A stretch of DNA of 64,000 nucleotides, from the NCBI RefSeq assembly GCF_001194135.2, contig NC_068997.1:28402813-28466812 (forward strand), in the 5' to 3' direction. The DNA is from Octopus bimaculoides (lineage: Eukaryota). Below the pieces are notes generated by a model, which saw only the letters and a list, made by a program, of their open reading frames with translations, was not told where the DNA came from and did no database searches. Made by a program: the position numbers and the translations under genes. Shown here piece after piece: positions 1 through 11,700 of the stretch. Each line of letters opens with the position of its first letter. The stretch's first letter is position 1.

Positions 1-1317
1 ACACAATGGGACTGAACCAGGAACCATTTGGTTGTGAAGCAACCTTCTTACCATGCAGCCACTTCTGAATCTGCATTATGTATGCTTCTCATTACTTATA
101 GATCTCATATAAGCCCTTGGCCATCAAACACAAAACTAATTAAGTTCTGGAAATACTGTTTGTTTATTTATTCTTTTGAGTGGGGAGGGATCATTTCAAA
201 AGGTTAATAAACATCAAGTATATAATCTTTTTATTTGACTAAATATATTTTATTGTGTAATATAACTGATAATAGCAGTGCATTTTCAGTTGACAATTAA
301 CACAATTTTTGACAATAAATGCAATTAAACTAGTTTTGTATTACCTTTTTATTATATTTTTTTTTCATTTTGTTTTGAATACAAAAGTTAAGATGTTTAT
401 ACAGGATATTTGTCCACTTTTCTTAAGTTGTGTAATTCTTTCCAATCATTTGTAATTACCTTGATTTCGAGTTTCCTTTGTTATATTTCTGCTCTGATTC
501 ACACCAATCACCAACCACCAGCCTGTTAACATCTTCATTTTTCACTCTCATTCAACGTATGTAAATTATGCACCCCACTTATTCCCATCACATCATCCCA
601 TAGTATATTATATTCAGTTTAACTGGTTCTTTCATGTCATGTCAAAACACTATTTATTACTAAATATAAAATCAACAACATAATAAGTTAAATGGATATT
701 TTAAGATCCTGGTTAAGTTACTCAAATTTTCTTTTCAAATACTCTAATATTAAAAATTGTTAAGCAGACCTTCACCTTTTCTAGTTTCTTTTATACTCCT
801 TCTGTCCTGTTGATAATAGGAGTGCATTTTCAGTCGACTATTTACACAATGAATACAATGAAATTAGGGTTCAGACAGAAGATTCTAGAAGATTGAATCC
901 TGCAATTGCTTGACACTGACTGGCTGTTTAATAGACAGATCATGTGAAACTTTTTTGTGGTTTGGTCATGATGCCTGACCAGCTATCCAGAGATTTAGTT
1001 TCAAATCCCAGTAATACTGTCTGTGTCTCTGATATTTCACCTCCCTTTCATACACCATCAGCCCAGCCATTCTCTTTCCTTCCTTCTGCTCAGTCTGCTT
1101 CCTTTTCTGCAATCGTGTCTCCCTTCTACTCACTCTTGCTCATCATTATCCTTTAGGAAAGTGGGTTATACATCAGTAGATGTACACCTAACTTTCCTAT
1201 GTTAAATTAGAAGTGAACTGAATGCAGAAACTCCAAACTGATCAACAACAACAAGTATTTATTGTATGGTGGAAAATAAAACAGCTTCCAATTGTCCATT
1301 TTCCGAGTAGCCTGAAA

Positions 1318-1537
1318 TGTAGATGTATTGTTCCTCGAGCTGGTGTCGTTGTAGAGACAACTTCGTTCAACCACACTCAAATGAGAGAGCCTGCTTAGAC
1401 ATCTTGCTTGGTCGCTGTCTGCGCGTAAAGAGACAGAATCGAAGCGGGAACGTTTGGATGTTGAAATCCACGCATGCGTGGTTAAGGATTCAGCAATGGC
1501 GACTATGCCTTTTTGGCGCCAATATGACGTCACTACA
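1318..1537 (-). repeat. Probable 3' LTR of the Gypsy element
   Basis: On minus, GGGGGAG polypurine tract (1542-1548), then TGTAG (1537)...CTACA (1318) terminal inverted ends. No 5' LTR is available to confirm. Confidence 0.65.
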
Positions 1538-4500
1538 ATGGCTCCCCCATGAGTGTGGAACACGAAATTAAAAAATTTTGGAGGGACATCTGAGGCGAGA
1601 TGGCCACCGAAACCATGCAGAAAATGCGGCACAAATATATATATCAAACACTCGGTTTTATCTTCACTGTATGAGTGGGACATCCCCTCACGGAAAATAG
1701 CAAGAGCCAACCAACTAAGATACTTAGTACCAGGCATTCCCCCGACGTCGCCAAGTTTAAACAGGACATCATTACCACTGTCAACATCACCACCACCACA
1801 GCTCCGCAACCGACCACAACCTCCCGCGTATGGACATTCCAAATTTCCTTGTGTAACTTTTTACGAACCGGATACATAGTTTTTTTTTTTCTGGCTGGAA
1901 GAAAAATGTTCAATAAAAAAAAACTGAAATTGTCCAGTAAAAACACAATAAATTTAACGTAAATAGTTTTTTCCAATTTCTTGGGCCAATGCACCGTCCT
2001 GCCAAACCTAGTGNNNNNNNNNNNNNNNNNNNNNNNNNNNNNNNNNNNNNNNNNNNNNNNNNNNNNNNNNNNNNNNNNNNNNNNNNNNNNNNNNNNNNNN
2101 NNNNNNNNNNNNNNNNNNNNNNNNNNNNNNNNNNNNNNNNNNNNNNNNNNNNNNNNNNNNNNNNNNNNNNNNNNNNNNNNNNNNNNNNNNNNNNNNNNNN
2201 NNNNNNNNNNNNNNNNNNNNNNNNNNNNNNNNNNNNNNNNNNNNNNNNNNNNNNNNNNNNNNNNNNNNNNNNNNNNNNNNNNNNNNNNNNNNNNNNNNNN
2301 NNNNNNNNNNNNNNNNNNNNNNNNNNNNNNNNNNNNNNNNNNNNNNNNNNNNNNNNNNNNNNNNNNNNNNNNNNNNNNNNNNNNNNNNNNNNNNNNNNNN
2401 NNNNNNNNNNNNNNNNNNNNNNNNNNNNNNNNNNNNNNNNNNNNNNNNNNNNNNNNNNNNNNNNNNNNNNNNNNNNNNNNNNNNNNNNNNNNNNNNNNNN
2501 NNNNNNNNNNNNNNNNNNNNNNNNNNNNNNNNNNNNNNNNNNNNNNNNNNNNNNNNNNNNNNNNNNNNNNNNNNNNNNNNNNNNNNNNNNNNNNNNNNNN
2601 NNNNNNNNNNNNNNNNNNNNNNNNNNNNNNNNNNNNNNNNNNNNNNNNNNNNNNNNNNNNNNNNNNNNNNNNNNNNNNNNNNNNNNNNNNNNNNNNNNNN
2701 NNNNNNNNNNNNNNNNNNNNNNNNNNNNNNNNNNNNNNNNNNNNNNNNNNNNNNNNNNNNNNNNNNNNNNNNNNNNNNNNNNNNNNNNNNNNNNNNNNNN
2801 NNNNNNNNNNNNNNNNNNNNNNNNNNNNNNNNNNNNNNNNNNNNNNNNNNNNNNNNNNNNNNNNNNNNNNNNNNNNNNNNNNNNNNNNNNNNNNNNNNNN
2901 NNNNNNNNNNNNNNNNNNNNNNNNNNNNNNNNNNNNNNNNNNNNNNNNNNNNNNNNNNNNNNNNNNNNNNNNNNNNNNNNNNNNNNNNNNNNNNNNNNNN
3001 NNNNNNNNNNNNNACTCTGGCACTTCATGCAAGAGCGTGCCCAAGTGGCAATTGATCGCCGCATATTGGGCCAGAAAAACCGAGCAGTGATAAGCTTTAC
3101 TGTTGCTGAGATGCCCGGATGTGACAAAGAATGAAGGGCATCAAACACAGAATGTTGATGGTTCGTAGGTACTAAAGGCCTAGGAGAACCTGTGGATGTG
3201 TCACATAATATAGAGCCTTCTGATGAAGGGAGCGGAAGATATGCAAATTTACAATTGCTGAATTTTGACGAAGTCAAATCTAAACTTGACAAAGAAGGTT
3301 GCTCCTGCGAAATTGCCAGCAAATCAATTTCCGCGGGAGTGGAAATAGAATGCACAGGAAGTCGCGAAAGAGCATCAGCTGGGATGTTCTCTTTCCCTGG
3401 CACATGACGAATGTCACCTGTAGATAGATCGCCAATAGCTCACGATCAAAAGTACTATACCTGCGTTCGGCAGGCTGTAATTTACAAAAAAAGAAAGCCA
3501 AAGGTTTTGTTTGATTGTTTACAGTGTGCTGCAAAACAGCACCGACTGCAGAATCGGAAGAATCCACAGATAAAGAAATCGGAGCATCAGGAGCAGGATG
3601 TGCAAGAACAGGAACGGAGGATAACTCCTGTTTCACAGACTCAAAAACAGATAACGCCTCATCAGTAAAAGTGAGTCCAGCATCCTTCTTAGAATGGCCT
3701 TGCAGTAGCCTCGTTAAAGGAAGTAGTTTGTATGCACACCGGTCAATGAATCTCCTGTAAAAATTGACCATGCCTAAAAAATTGCGCAACTGTCGCAGAG
3801 AGGTTGGAGGTGCAATGCGTTGAATTGCATCGACTTTAGCAGGAAGAGGTTTGATCCCATTAGAATCAACCAAATGTCCCAGAAAATTCAGGGATGACTG
3901 CCCGAAAAGACACTTGTCGGGATTAATCTTCGCATTATAAGCGCGAAGACGCTGAAAAAGTTGCGACAAATGGTGGAGATGATTCTCTTCCGTATCACTA
4001 GCGATGAGAATATCATCGACACAAGCGAATACAAAATCAAGTCCACGAACGACCTCATCCATAAACCTCTGAAAAGTGCTAGTAGCATTACGCAAACCAA
4101 AACTCATAAATAGAAATTCAAAACAACCGAAAGGAGTAGTGATGGCTGTTTTAGGGATATCCTCTGGATTTACTGGTATCTGATGATAGGTCCGTACCAG
4201 ATCAATCTTAGAGAAAATGGTGCATCCATGCAGGTTCGCCGAGAAATCCTGCAAATTCCTGATGGGATAGCGATCAGCTATTGTTACAGCATTTAGTCTC
4301 CGATAGTCCCCCACCGGGCGAAAATCCGAATCCCCTTTACGGGCCAAATGTAGAGGAGATGCCCATGGGCTGGTGGAGGGTCGAATGAGGCCGAGTTGAA
4401 GCATGTGCTCAAACTTGGCCTTGGCCGTCTTAAGACGATCAGGCGCTAGGCGACGTGGTCGAGAAAAAAACCGGAGGACCAGTCGTCGTGATATAATGGA

Positions 4501-4760
4501 GGGTGGAATGTGCAGGTTTAACCGGCTTGAAAGTAATATCCATCAACTCCGGAAAAGAGAATGAAAAGCGTCTCCAGCAGTGGCAATAAAAAATGCTGGG
4601 CTAAGAGGAGAATTGGTAGAGCTCCTTGCCGGTGTGGAAAGGGATGTCGATTTTCCTCTTCTTACATCACCATGAAGTGGGTTCCAGAAGACTAATTTGG
4701 CTGCTTCCAGTCCAGGGCGGTGCATGCAGTGACCAGATATTTGCAACTGTCTTTACTTGA
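1318..4760 (-). mobile_element. Ty3/Gypsy LTR retrotransposon, 5'-truncated and defective (RT, partial RNase H, integrase, PPT, 3' LTR)
   Basis: ORF 3280..4404 is an RT ([32 protein letters not shown]). ORF 1910..3403 contains the integrase HHCC (HSLSHPG...CMKC). Pol order is RT-RH-IN, and the C-terminal TRFGRTVHWPKKL lies at ~1973-2013. The integrase core falls in the N-gap. Confidence 0.95.
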
Positions 4761-6338
4761 TCTTCTTGCTAACTTTCAACAGGTCCCCCATAAAGGCATA
4801 CATTTGTGATATGTTGCTGTCCCTTCACATTTCAGGCATTTTTGCGCTATGATAAAATGTACAAGGGTTAGTGAATGAGCAAAGATATCACTGGGTTGAG
4901 AGGATCCTAGTCTTGTCTTGTCAAGGGTACAACAACCTTTCTAGTTCTGGTGCTATAATAAAATGCCTCCACCACACTCTGTGAACAGGTTAGTGAATGA
5001 CTGGAGATACCATAGGATTGGTATAGCTCTTTAATCTTGTCTTGTTGAGGATTGTAACTCTAACTCCAGTGGTCATGGTATCATGATAAAATACACCCAA
5101 CACACTATGAAGTGGTTGGTGTTAAGAAGGGCATCCACCTGTAGAAACCATGTTACAGTGAGTTGTGGTCTGGAGATGACTTTCAAAGTGGAAAAACAGA
5201 TAGAATATATTTCTCTGTGTGTGTGTGTGTGTGTATGTATTGTGAACAATTACTTGTCCACATATCATCATCATCATCATCATATGTCTGTTTTCCATGC
5301 TGGCATAGGTTGGACAGTTTGACAGGAGCTGGCAAGCCAGAAGACTCCTGCAAGCTCTATTGCCTGTTTTGGCATGGTTTCTACAGCTGGATGCCCTTCC
5401 AAATGCCAACCGCTTTACAGAGTGCACTGGGCGCTTTTTACATGGCACCAGCACCAATGCTTTTTATGCAATAGCCAGTCACTAAAATTTGTAGATAAGC
5501 AATTTTAGTCACAAATTCACATTAATAAAGCAAAAATGTGACTCTTTTGATGTTTAAATATACACAAACCAATGTTGTTCCCAGACGTAACATGGTGTAT
5601 GTGAGACATTACCCTTTGAAGTTCTGCAAACAAATATTCATGTGTTTATTGAAGTTTTATTACTTTTGGAATATAAACTTGATTCATTCCATATTTATTC
5701 GACAATGTATATGTTCTCAGCATGCAGCTAAATAATTGTTATGCATACTTTGGAAGCAAACACAGAAACTTATTGTATTAAAAAATTGTCTGTTCAATTA
5801 ATGTTTAATGTCTTTCTATCTTTTTTTCTTTCTTTCTCTTTTTTATCGACTGTATTAAGACACCTTAGAGTTTTAAAATTCAAATCCTGTTGGAGTCATT
5901 TGTTACCTTTTGTCACTACAAGTTTGAGATGTTAGAAACCAGTAACACACATTACTGGTTTTTCACATGCCTTGCTTAAATATTCTGACTTTTGTGCCTT
6001 TCTGTGAAAATGCAAGTGAGAATTGTTCAAATAAATAACTATTGTTTACATAGCTACAACATTGATGTTCTATATGCTGATGGTTCAGGGGCCCCTTACA
6101 ATCTGCAATAATTTATGAGCTGGAACTTCTAGTTTACTACTACCGTACACAGTACAACATTAATAAATTTGTATCATCATCATCATTTAATGTTTGTTTT
6201 CCATGTTGACATGGGTTGGATGGTTTGACAGGAGCTGGCAAGCCAGACGACTCCACCAGACTCTATTGTCTGTTTTGGCATGGTTTCCACAGCTGGATGC
6301 CCTTCTAAATGCCAGCCACTTTACAGAGTGCACTGGAC

Positions 6339-6672
6339 GCTTTTTATGTGACACCATCACCAGTGCTTTTTACATGGCACAATCAGCAGGGCTTTTTACG
6401 TGACACCATCACCAGTGCTTTTTATGTGACACCATCACCAGTGCTTTTTATGTGACACCATCTGCAGTACTTTTTACGTGACGCCATCACCAGTGCTTTT
6501 TACCTGGCGCCATCACCAGTGCTTTTTACCTGGCGCCATCACCAGTGTTTTTTACCTGGCGCCATCACCAGTGTTTTTTACCTGGCGCCGTCACCAGTGC
6601 TTTTTACCTGGCGCTGTCATCAGTGCTTTTTACATGACGCCATCACCAGTGCTTTTTATGTGACACCAGCAC
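6339..6672. repeat. Minisatellite, 26-bp unit x ~13
   Basis: Unit GCTTTTTA(T/C)(G/C)TG(A/G)C(A/G)CCATCACCAGT in head-to-tail array at the 5' side of an RTE tail copy. Confidence 0.95.
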
Positions 6673-8707
6673 TAACAGGGTCACCAAACAACTTTCTGTT
6701 AATGCCCAAGGACATGTATTTCATTTAATTATTTAAATGAAATTTAAAATTTGCTTAATTTAGAGTGTGTTGAAAATCTGTGTTGTACCTGTATAAGAAT
6801 TTCTGTTACTTGTTTTTCTTGTTCCCTTGTTCTCCATTCACTGAAACAAGGGGCAGTGTTGTAAATAAATCATTGAAACCCTAACTAAATATTAAGGTTT
6901 TGAACTAAAACTTCATCGAAAGAATATGTTGCTCTTTCATCCCAGACTGGCCTCATTGATCAAACCTTTTAGCAAAAGTAATCCAGATCTGACCATCTTT
7001 TATAGTTTTTCTTTCTCTTTTACTTATTGCGACCATGCTGGAGCACCACCTCAAAGAACTTTTTAGTCAAATGAATCAACCCCAACACTTATTTTTTTAT
7101 TTTGAAGCCTGCTACTTATTCTATCGGTTTCTTTTGCCGAACCACTGGTTACAGGGACATAAACACACCAACAATGATTGTCTGGTGGTGGTGGGGACTA
7201 ACAGGCACAAAGATACCCCCCCCCCCACACACATGATGGGCTTCTTTCAGTTTTTGTCTACTATATCCACTCACAAGATTTTGGTTAACCTATGGCTATA
7301 GTAGAAGACACTTGTCCAAGGTGCCATACAGTGGGACTGAACCTGGAACCATGTGTTTGGGAAGCAAACTTCTTCCCACACAACTATGCCATGTTGTATT
7401 TTTTGGGGGAGAAGCAGGGAACTATTCAATGTACTTCTCTTTCTTAACGCCATTAATTGTGAGTTGAGGGAGACTTGGCTACTATTTCTACCATGTCAGT
7501 TAATTTCATAGAACAAGTGTCAGCAACCTGTTGCCTACTGGTAAAATTTTAGTTCTGTTTAAATTTGAAACTAAAATCTTTAGAATATTTAAAAATAAAA
7601 TTAAAAAAGCATTTTAGTTTTAAAAGCAAAGTAGTAAGTTAAACATTAATCATTTAGACCAACCATATTTGGCACAAATATTCTACCTGTTTTTTGTTTA
7701 AACCAGCCAGCTCTGGCCTCTCCTCCCGATCTTACAATGTTGTTTTAAAGTTATCTTCAAAATCTTGATGTTACTGATGGATTTGGTTGACTGAAACTGA
7801 AAAGAACTTGTGTGCATGGTTTATTTATTTATTTATTTATTTTTTTTGTGTCTCCTTGAAAATTGTAAATGAGAATCACTGTCATACAAGCAGTGTCACT
7901 CATTTCCAACATTCTGTGAAAACATGTTTGACCATCAGGAAATATTACCTTGTTTGGAAACTGATGAGAGTGAATGACATGATGGGTATCTGGCCATAGG
8001 AAATCTATTTCAGTAAACCCTGCCTGACCCATGCAAGCATGGAAAAGTGGATGTTAAAATGTTGATGATGAGTTATCTCTCATACTAAAAAGTTTCCCCT
8101 CTTCTCCCCTGTGAAGTCGTTCTCTCATTGGTTTATTAAGGTTTTTTATAGTTAAGGAATATGTTGGTGAACTTGTGCTTTTTTATTTGTTTGTTTTTAT
8201 GTCCTTTATGTCATGCTAGTCTGAGTTAGATGAACATATTGAAGTGTTCTTGTCATTAACCCTTTTTATGTTTTCCATGTGAAGGAGCCTTTATTTCACA
8301 TGTTTTTGAAGGCACAAAGCCAGCAGACGGTTTGTTGACATGAGAAAGGACAGCAGTGTCACTGCTTGTGGGTCAGTGATTTTTGGAAGCGTACAAATGT
8401 AAACCAACATAGAGACACACATATGCATGCCCACACACACATACATACTCTTTCTCATACATGCATATGTGCATACATTCATATACACACATTTTTACGA
8501 TTAGCTCCTCTTAGTTTCAATCTGCCAAATCCACTGACAAGGCTTTGGGTAGGTCTGAGACTAAATTATAGAAATCACCTGCTCAGGGTGCCATGCAGTG
8601 AGATTGAACCACTAATCATGTGTAGGGAGACAAACTTCTTAACCATGTCCACAATCACTTTAATAATGTACCATGTTAAAATTGTTTTTTGTTTATTCTC
8701 GGATTAG

Positions 8708-8756
8708 GTTGGAATACAAAGACAATAAAGACGTCATGTTCCTTGCTGAAGAGTTG
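8708..8756 (+). CDS. VIRMA: VIRMA exon (first in window)
   Basis: AG|[17 protein letters not shown]|GTGAGT; aligns to human LEYDENTSIIFRPNSK; phase 2 to 0. Confidence 0.85.
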
Positions 8757-11700
8757 GTGAGTTGCTTTTCTTTGTTTTCTTTTATTGCTAGTTATGAGAT
8801 ATTATATGCAATAAACCTAGCATTGCATGCTTGAACTAATTAAAATTAATTTAATGCATTGAACATCCATAAATGGTTGTGTCTGTTTATTTAACTACAC
8901 TGTGGATACCGTAGTTTCAGTCATCATTATGATTTCATCAGCAACTGTTATTTCTTTATCTTAACTGTTTACAACAAAATTGTATTTATAGCTTCTGTCA
9001 TTAAGAGCTTTATCGATTAAATCAGATGTACCAATTTATCTAGCTTTCGGTAAACACTTCAATGATTGCCTGCAAACTTTGGAAATAGACAAAAAAAAAC
9101 AAAAAACTTTATCTTGTAATGGTCAGGTGCTGCTTAATGACACATTTTTTTATTTTCCAGTTTCAAATCATAGTCTGTTTCCTTACAGTCTTTAGGGCTG
9201 TTCTATGGGATGACCTAGATGAGATACAGTTTTTAGTCTTGTCCTGTTTTGAATCAAAATCCTTTTATTCAGTCTGGTACACTGACTGCTTTCATAAATA
9301 TTAGTTATAATGTTATTTATTTAATAATTATCATCATTGCAGGAGTGACTGTGTGGTAAGTAGCTTTCTTCCCAAGCACATGGTTCCAGGTTCAGTTCCA
9401 CTGCATGGCACCTTGGGCAAGTGTCTTCTACTATAGCCTTGGGCCGAGCAAAGCTTTGTGAGAGGATTTGGTAGACAGAAACTGAAAGAAGCCCATCGTG
9501 TATCTATCTATATATGTATGTGTTTGTCCCCCACAACATCATTTGACAACCAATGCTGGTGTGTTTACATCCCCATAACATAGTAATTTGGCAAAAGAGG
9601 CTGATAGAATAAGTACTACGCTTACAAAGAATAATTCCTGGGGTCGATTTGCTTGGCTGAAGGCAGTGCTCCAGCATGGCTGCAGTCAAATGGCTGAAAC
9701 AAATAAAAGAATAAAAAAATTTAGTGTCCATGCTAGCATGGGCTGAACAGTTTGACCAGGACTGGCAAGCTGGAAGGCTGCACCAGACTCCAGTCTGATT
9801 TGGCATGGTTTTCTATGGCTGGATACCCTTCCTGATGCCAACAATTTTACAATGTGTAATGGATGCTTTTACATGCCACTGGCACGGGTGCCATTTGCAT
9901 GACACCGGTATCTGCCACGACTGTGATTTTACTTGGCTTGATGAGTCTTCTTCTCAAGCACAACATATGCCAAGGTCTTGGTCATTGCCTCTGTGAAGCT
10001 GAATAAATAATATAATAATGTGAGATGCTTGACCTAGTGATTAAATTGTTGCACTCAAAATCACAAGTGCTGACGTTTTGCTCTAACGGCTCAGGCATGG
10101 CTGTGTGGTTAAGAAGTATACTTCCCAACCACTGACTTTTGGGCCCAGCCTCATTGCATGGTACCTTAGACAAATGTCTTTTACTGTATCCTTGGTCTGA
10201 CCAATTCCTTGTGAGTAAACGTGGTTGATTGAAACTGAAAGAAACCCGATGTGTGTGTGTGTTTGTATCTCCTTGTCTTGACGTCATGTGATTGTTGTAA
10301 ATGACTGTCATTCATTTCCAATATTCTGCAAAATCATGTCTGGCCATGGGGGAAATATTATCTTGCTTGGAAACAAGGTAAGGGTTGATGACAGGAAAAG
10401 CATCCAGCTGTAGAAAAATCTAGCTTGATAAACTGTCTGACCCATCCAGGCATGGAACTGTGAAATTTCAAATGATGACAATGATGGTGATGGTAACAAT
10501 GATGAACTAATTTTTGCCATTAATTTCTACTCTTTGTTTATGAATTTCTGAAATAAAGTATAAAACTGCTTCCTTTTGAGTATCTGTTGGTTGTCAGGGT
10601 TAAATTTTACCATGTAATCTTGTGTTTGAATGCTTCTTTTCTAGGTGCCAACCAATGGTCTCATTCTGAAAGGATGGTATACAACTATCACCATTGCCGC
10701 TTTTGGAAATGTGGCAACAATTGAAACCATATCCCCACCACCTCCACCGCCTCCTCCACAGCAATCTGTGCATCGTATAAAAGGACCTGGTAGGTTTCAG
10801 ATGAATCATTTCACTCTCCCTCTCCCCCCTCATCTCTTGATTAATTTATCATACAGCTGCTGTCCTAGCTATATGAAGAACATTATCACAGGCAAACATC
10901 ACCAAGAGACCACTTCCAGTTGTAACTGTTGAAACCCTAAAGCTTGCCCACTTGACTAAGCGTGTATGATAAACTCCATATTAAATGTGACAGAAGTAGC
11001 AGCAATGTTTCAAGATAACCTAATTCAAAAGAATGATTACATTGGGTTATGCAAATAGGATTTCAAAATATGTTATGTAAACCACCTATCATCTTCTTTC
11101 CAGCACATCAACAAATACAATGCTACTAAACTGGTTAGCCACGTATGTGGTTTGAAAACCAACTCCACACCATATACAATGAAAAGGAGGATCATGGAGA
11201 AATCTAAGCCATGTGTAGCTTTTAGCATGTTCAAGTTTCTTTTGTTGAACTGGAGGACACCAACCACTCCAGATTGAGTAGCTGTCTTGCAGGCTTTGGT
11301 CTCCTTTCTGTTTTATTTTTCTGCATCAGTTACATTAATTATGGTTTCTACAATCAAAATGAACAAAAATACTGGTTTTCTTACTTTTCTCTTTTTCCAC
11401 CAGCTGAGTGGACTGGAGCAACATGAAGTGTTTTGCTCAAGGACACAATGCATCGCCCAGTTCAGGAATCGAAATCAAAATCTTAGAATCATGAGTCCAG
11501 CACCTTAACCACTAAACCATGCCTCCTCCACATGCATACATACATGTTTTTTTTTATCTTGTCTTCTTGCTTTTTTATCTCTCTACTCCATGTGTGTGTG
11601 TGTAAACACATCTTTTGTATTTTCCTACATTGTCAGCTTTAATTGATATTTGTTTGTTGTATATTAATGTTTCTGCTTGTATTTTCACATGTTCAGCATT

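Noticed and set aside
265-866. Diverged ~55-bp duplication (about 268-325 and 812-866)
   Set aside because: Short, AT-rich and without splice or element signatures.
1644-3134. Long ORFs containing X runs (also at 18248-19405, 35166-36476, 42456-43617, 45201-46023, 60228-60880)
   Set aside because: Their length is created by N-gaps; only the flanking fragments noted as features are meaningful.
5595-5660. GETLPFEV... and ELDEHIEV (near 8220) as missing N-terminal VIRMA exons
   Set aside because: Similarity is only 3-4 residues and there is no compatible acceptor/donor pair or phase.
6339-6672. Regular ~26-bp repeats resembling a CRISPR array
   Set aside because: Units are head-to-tail with no unique spacers, there are no cas genes, and the context is eukaryotic and intronic.
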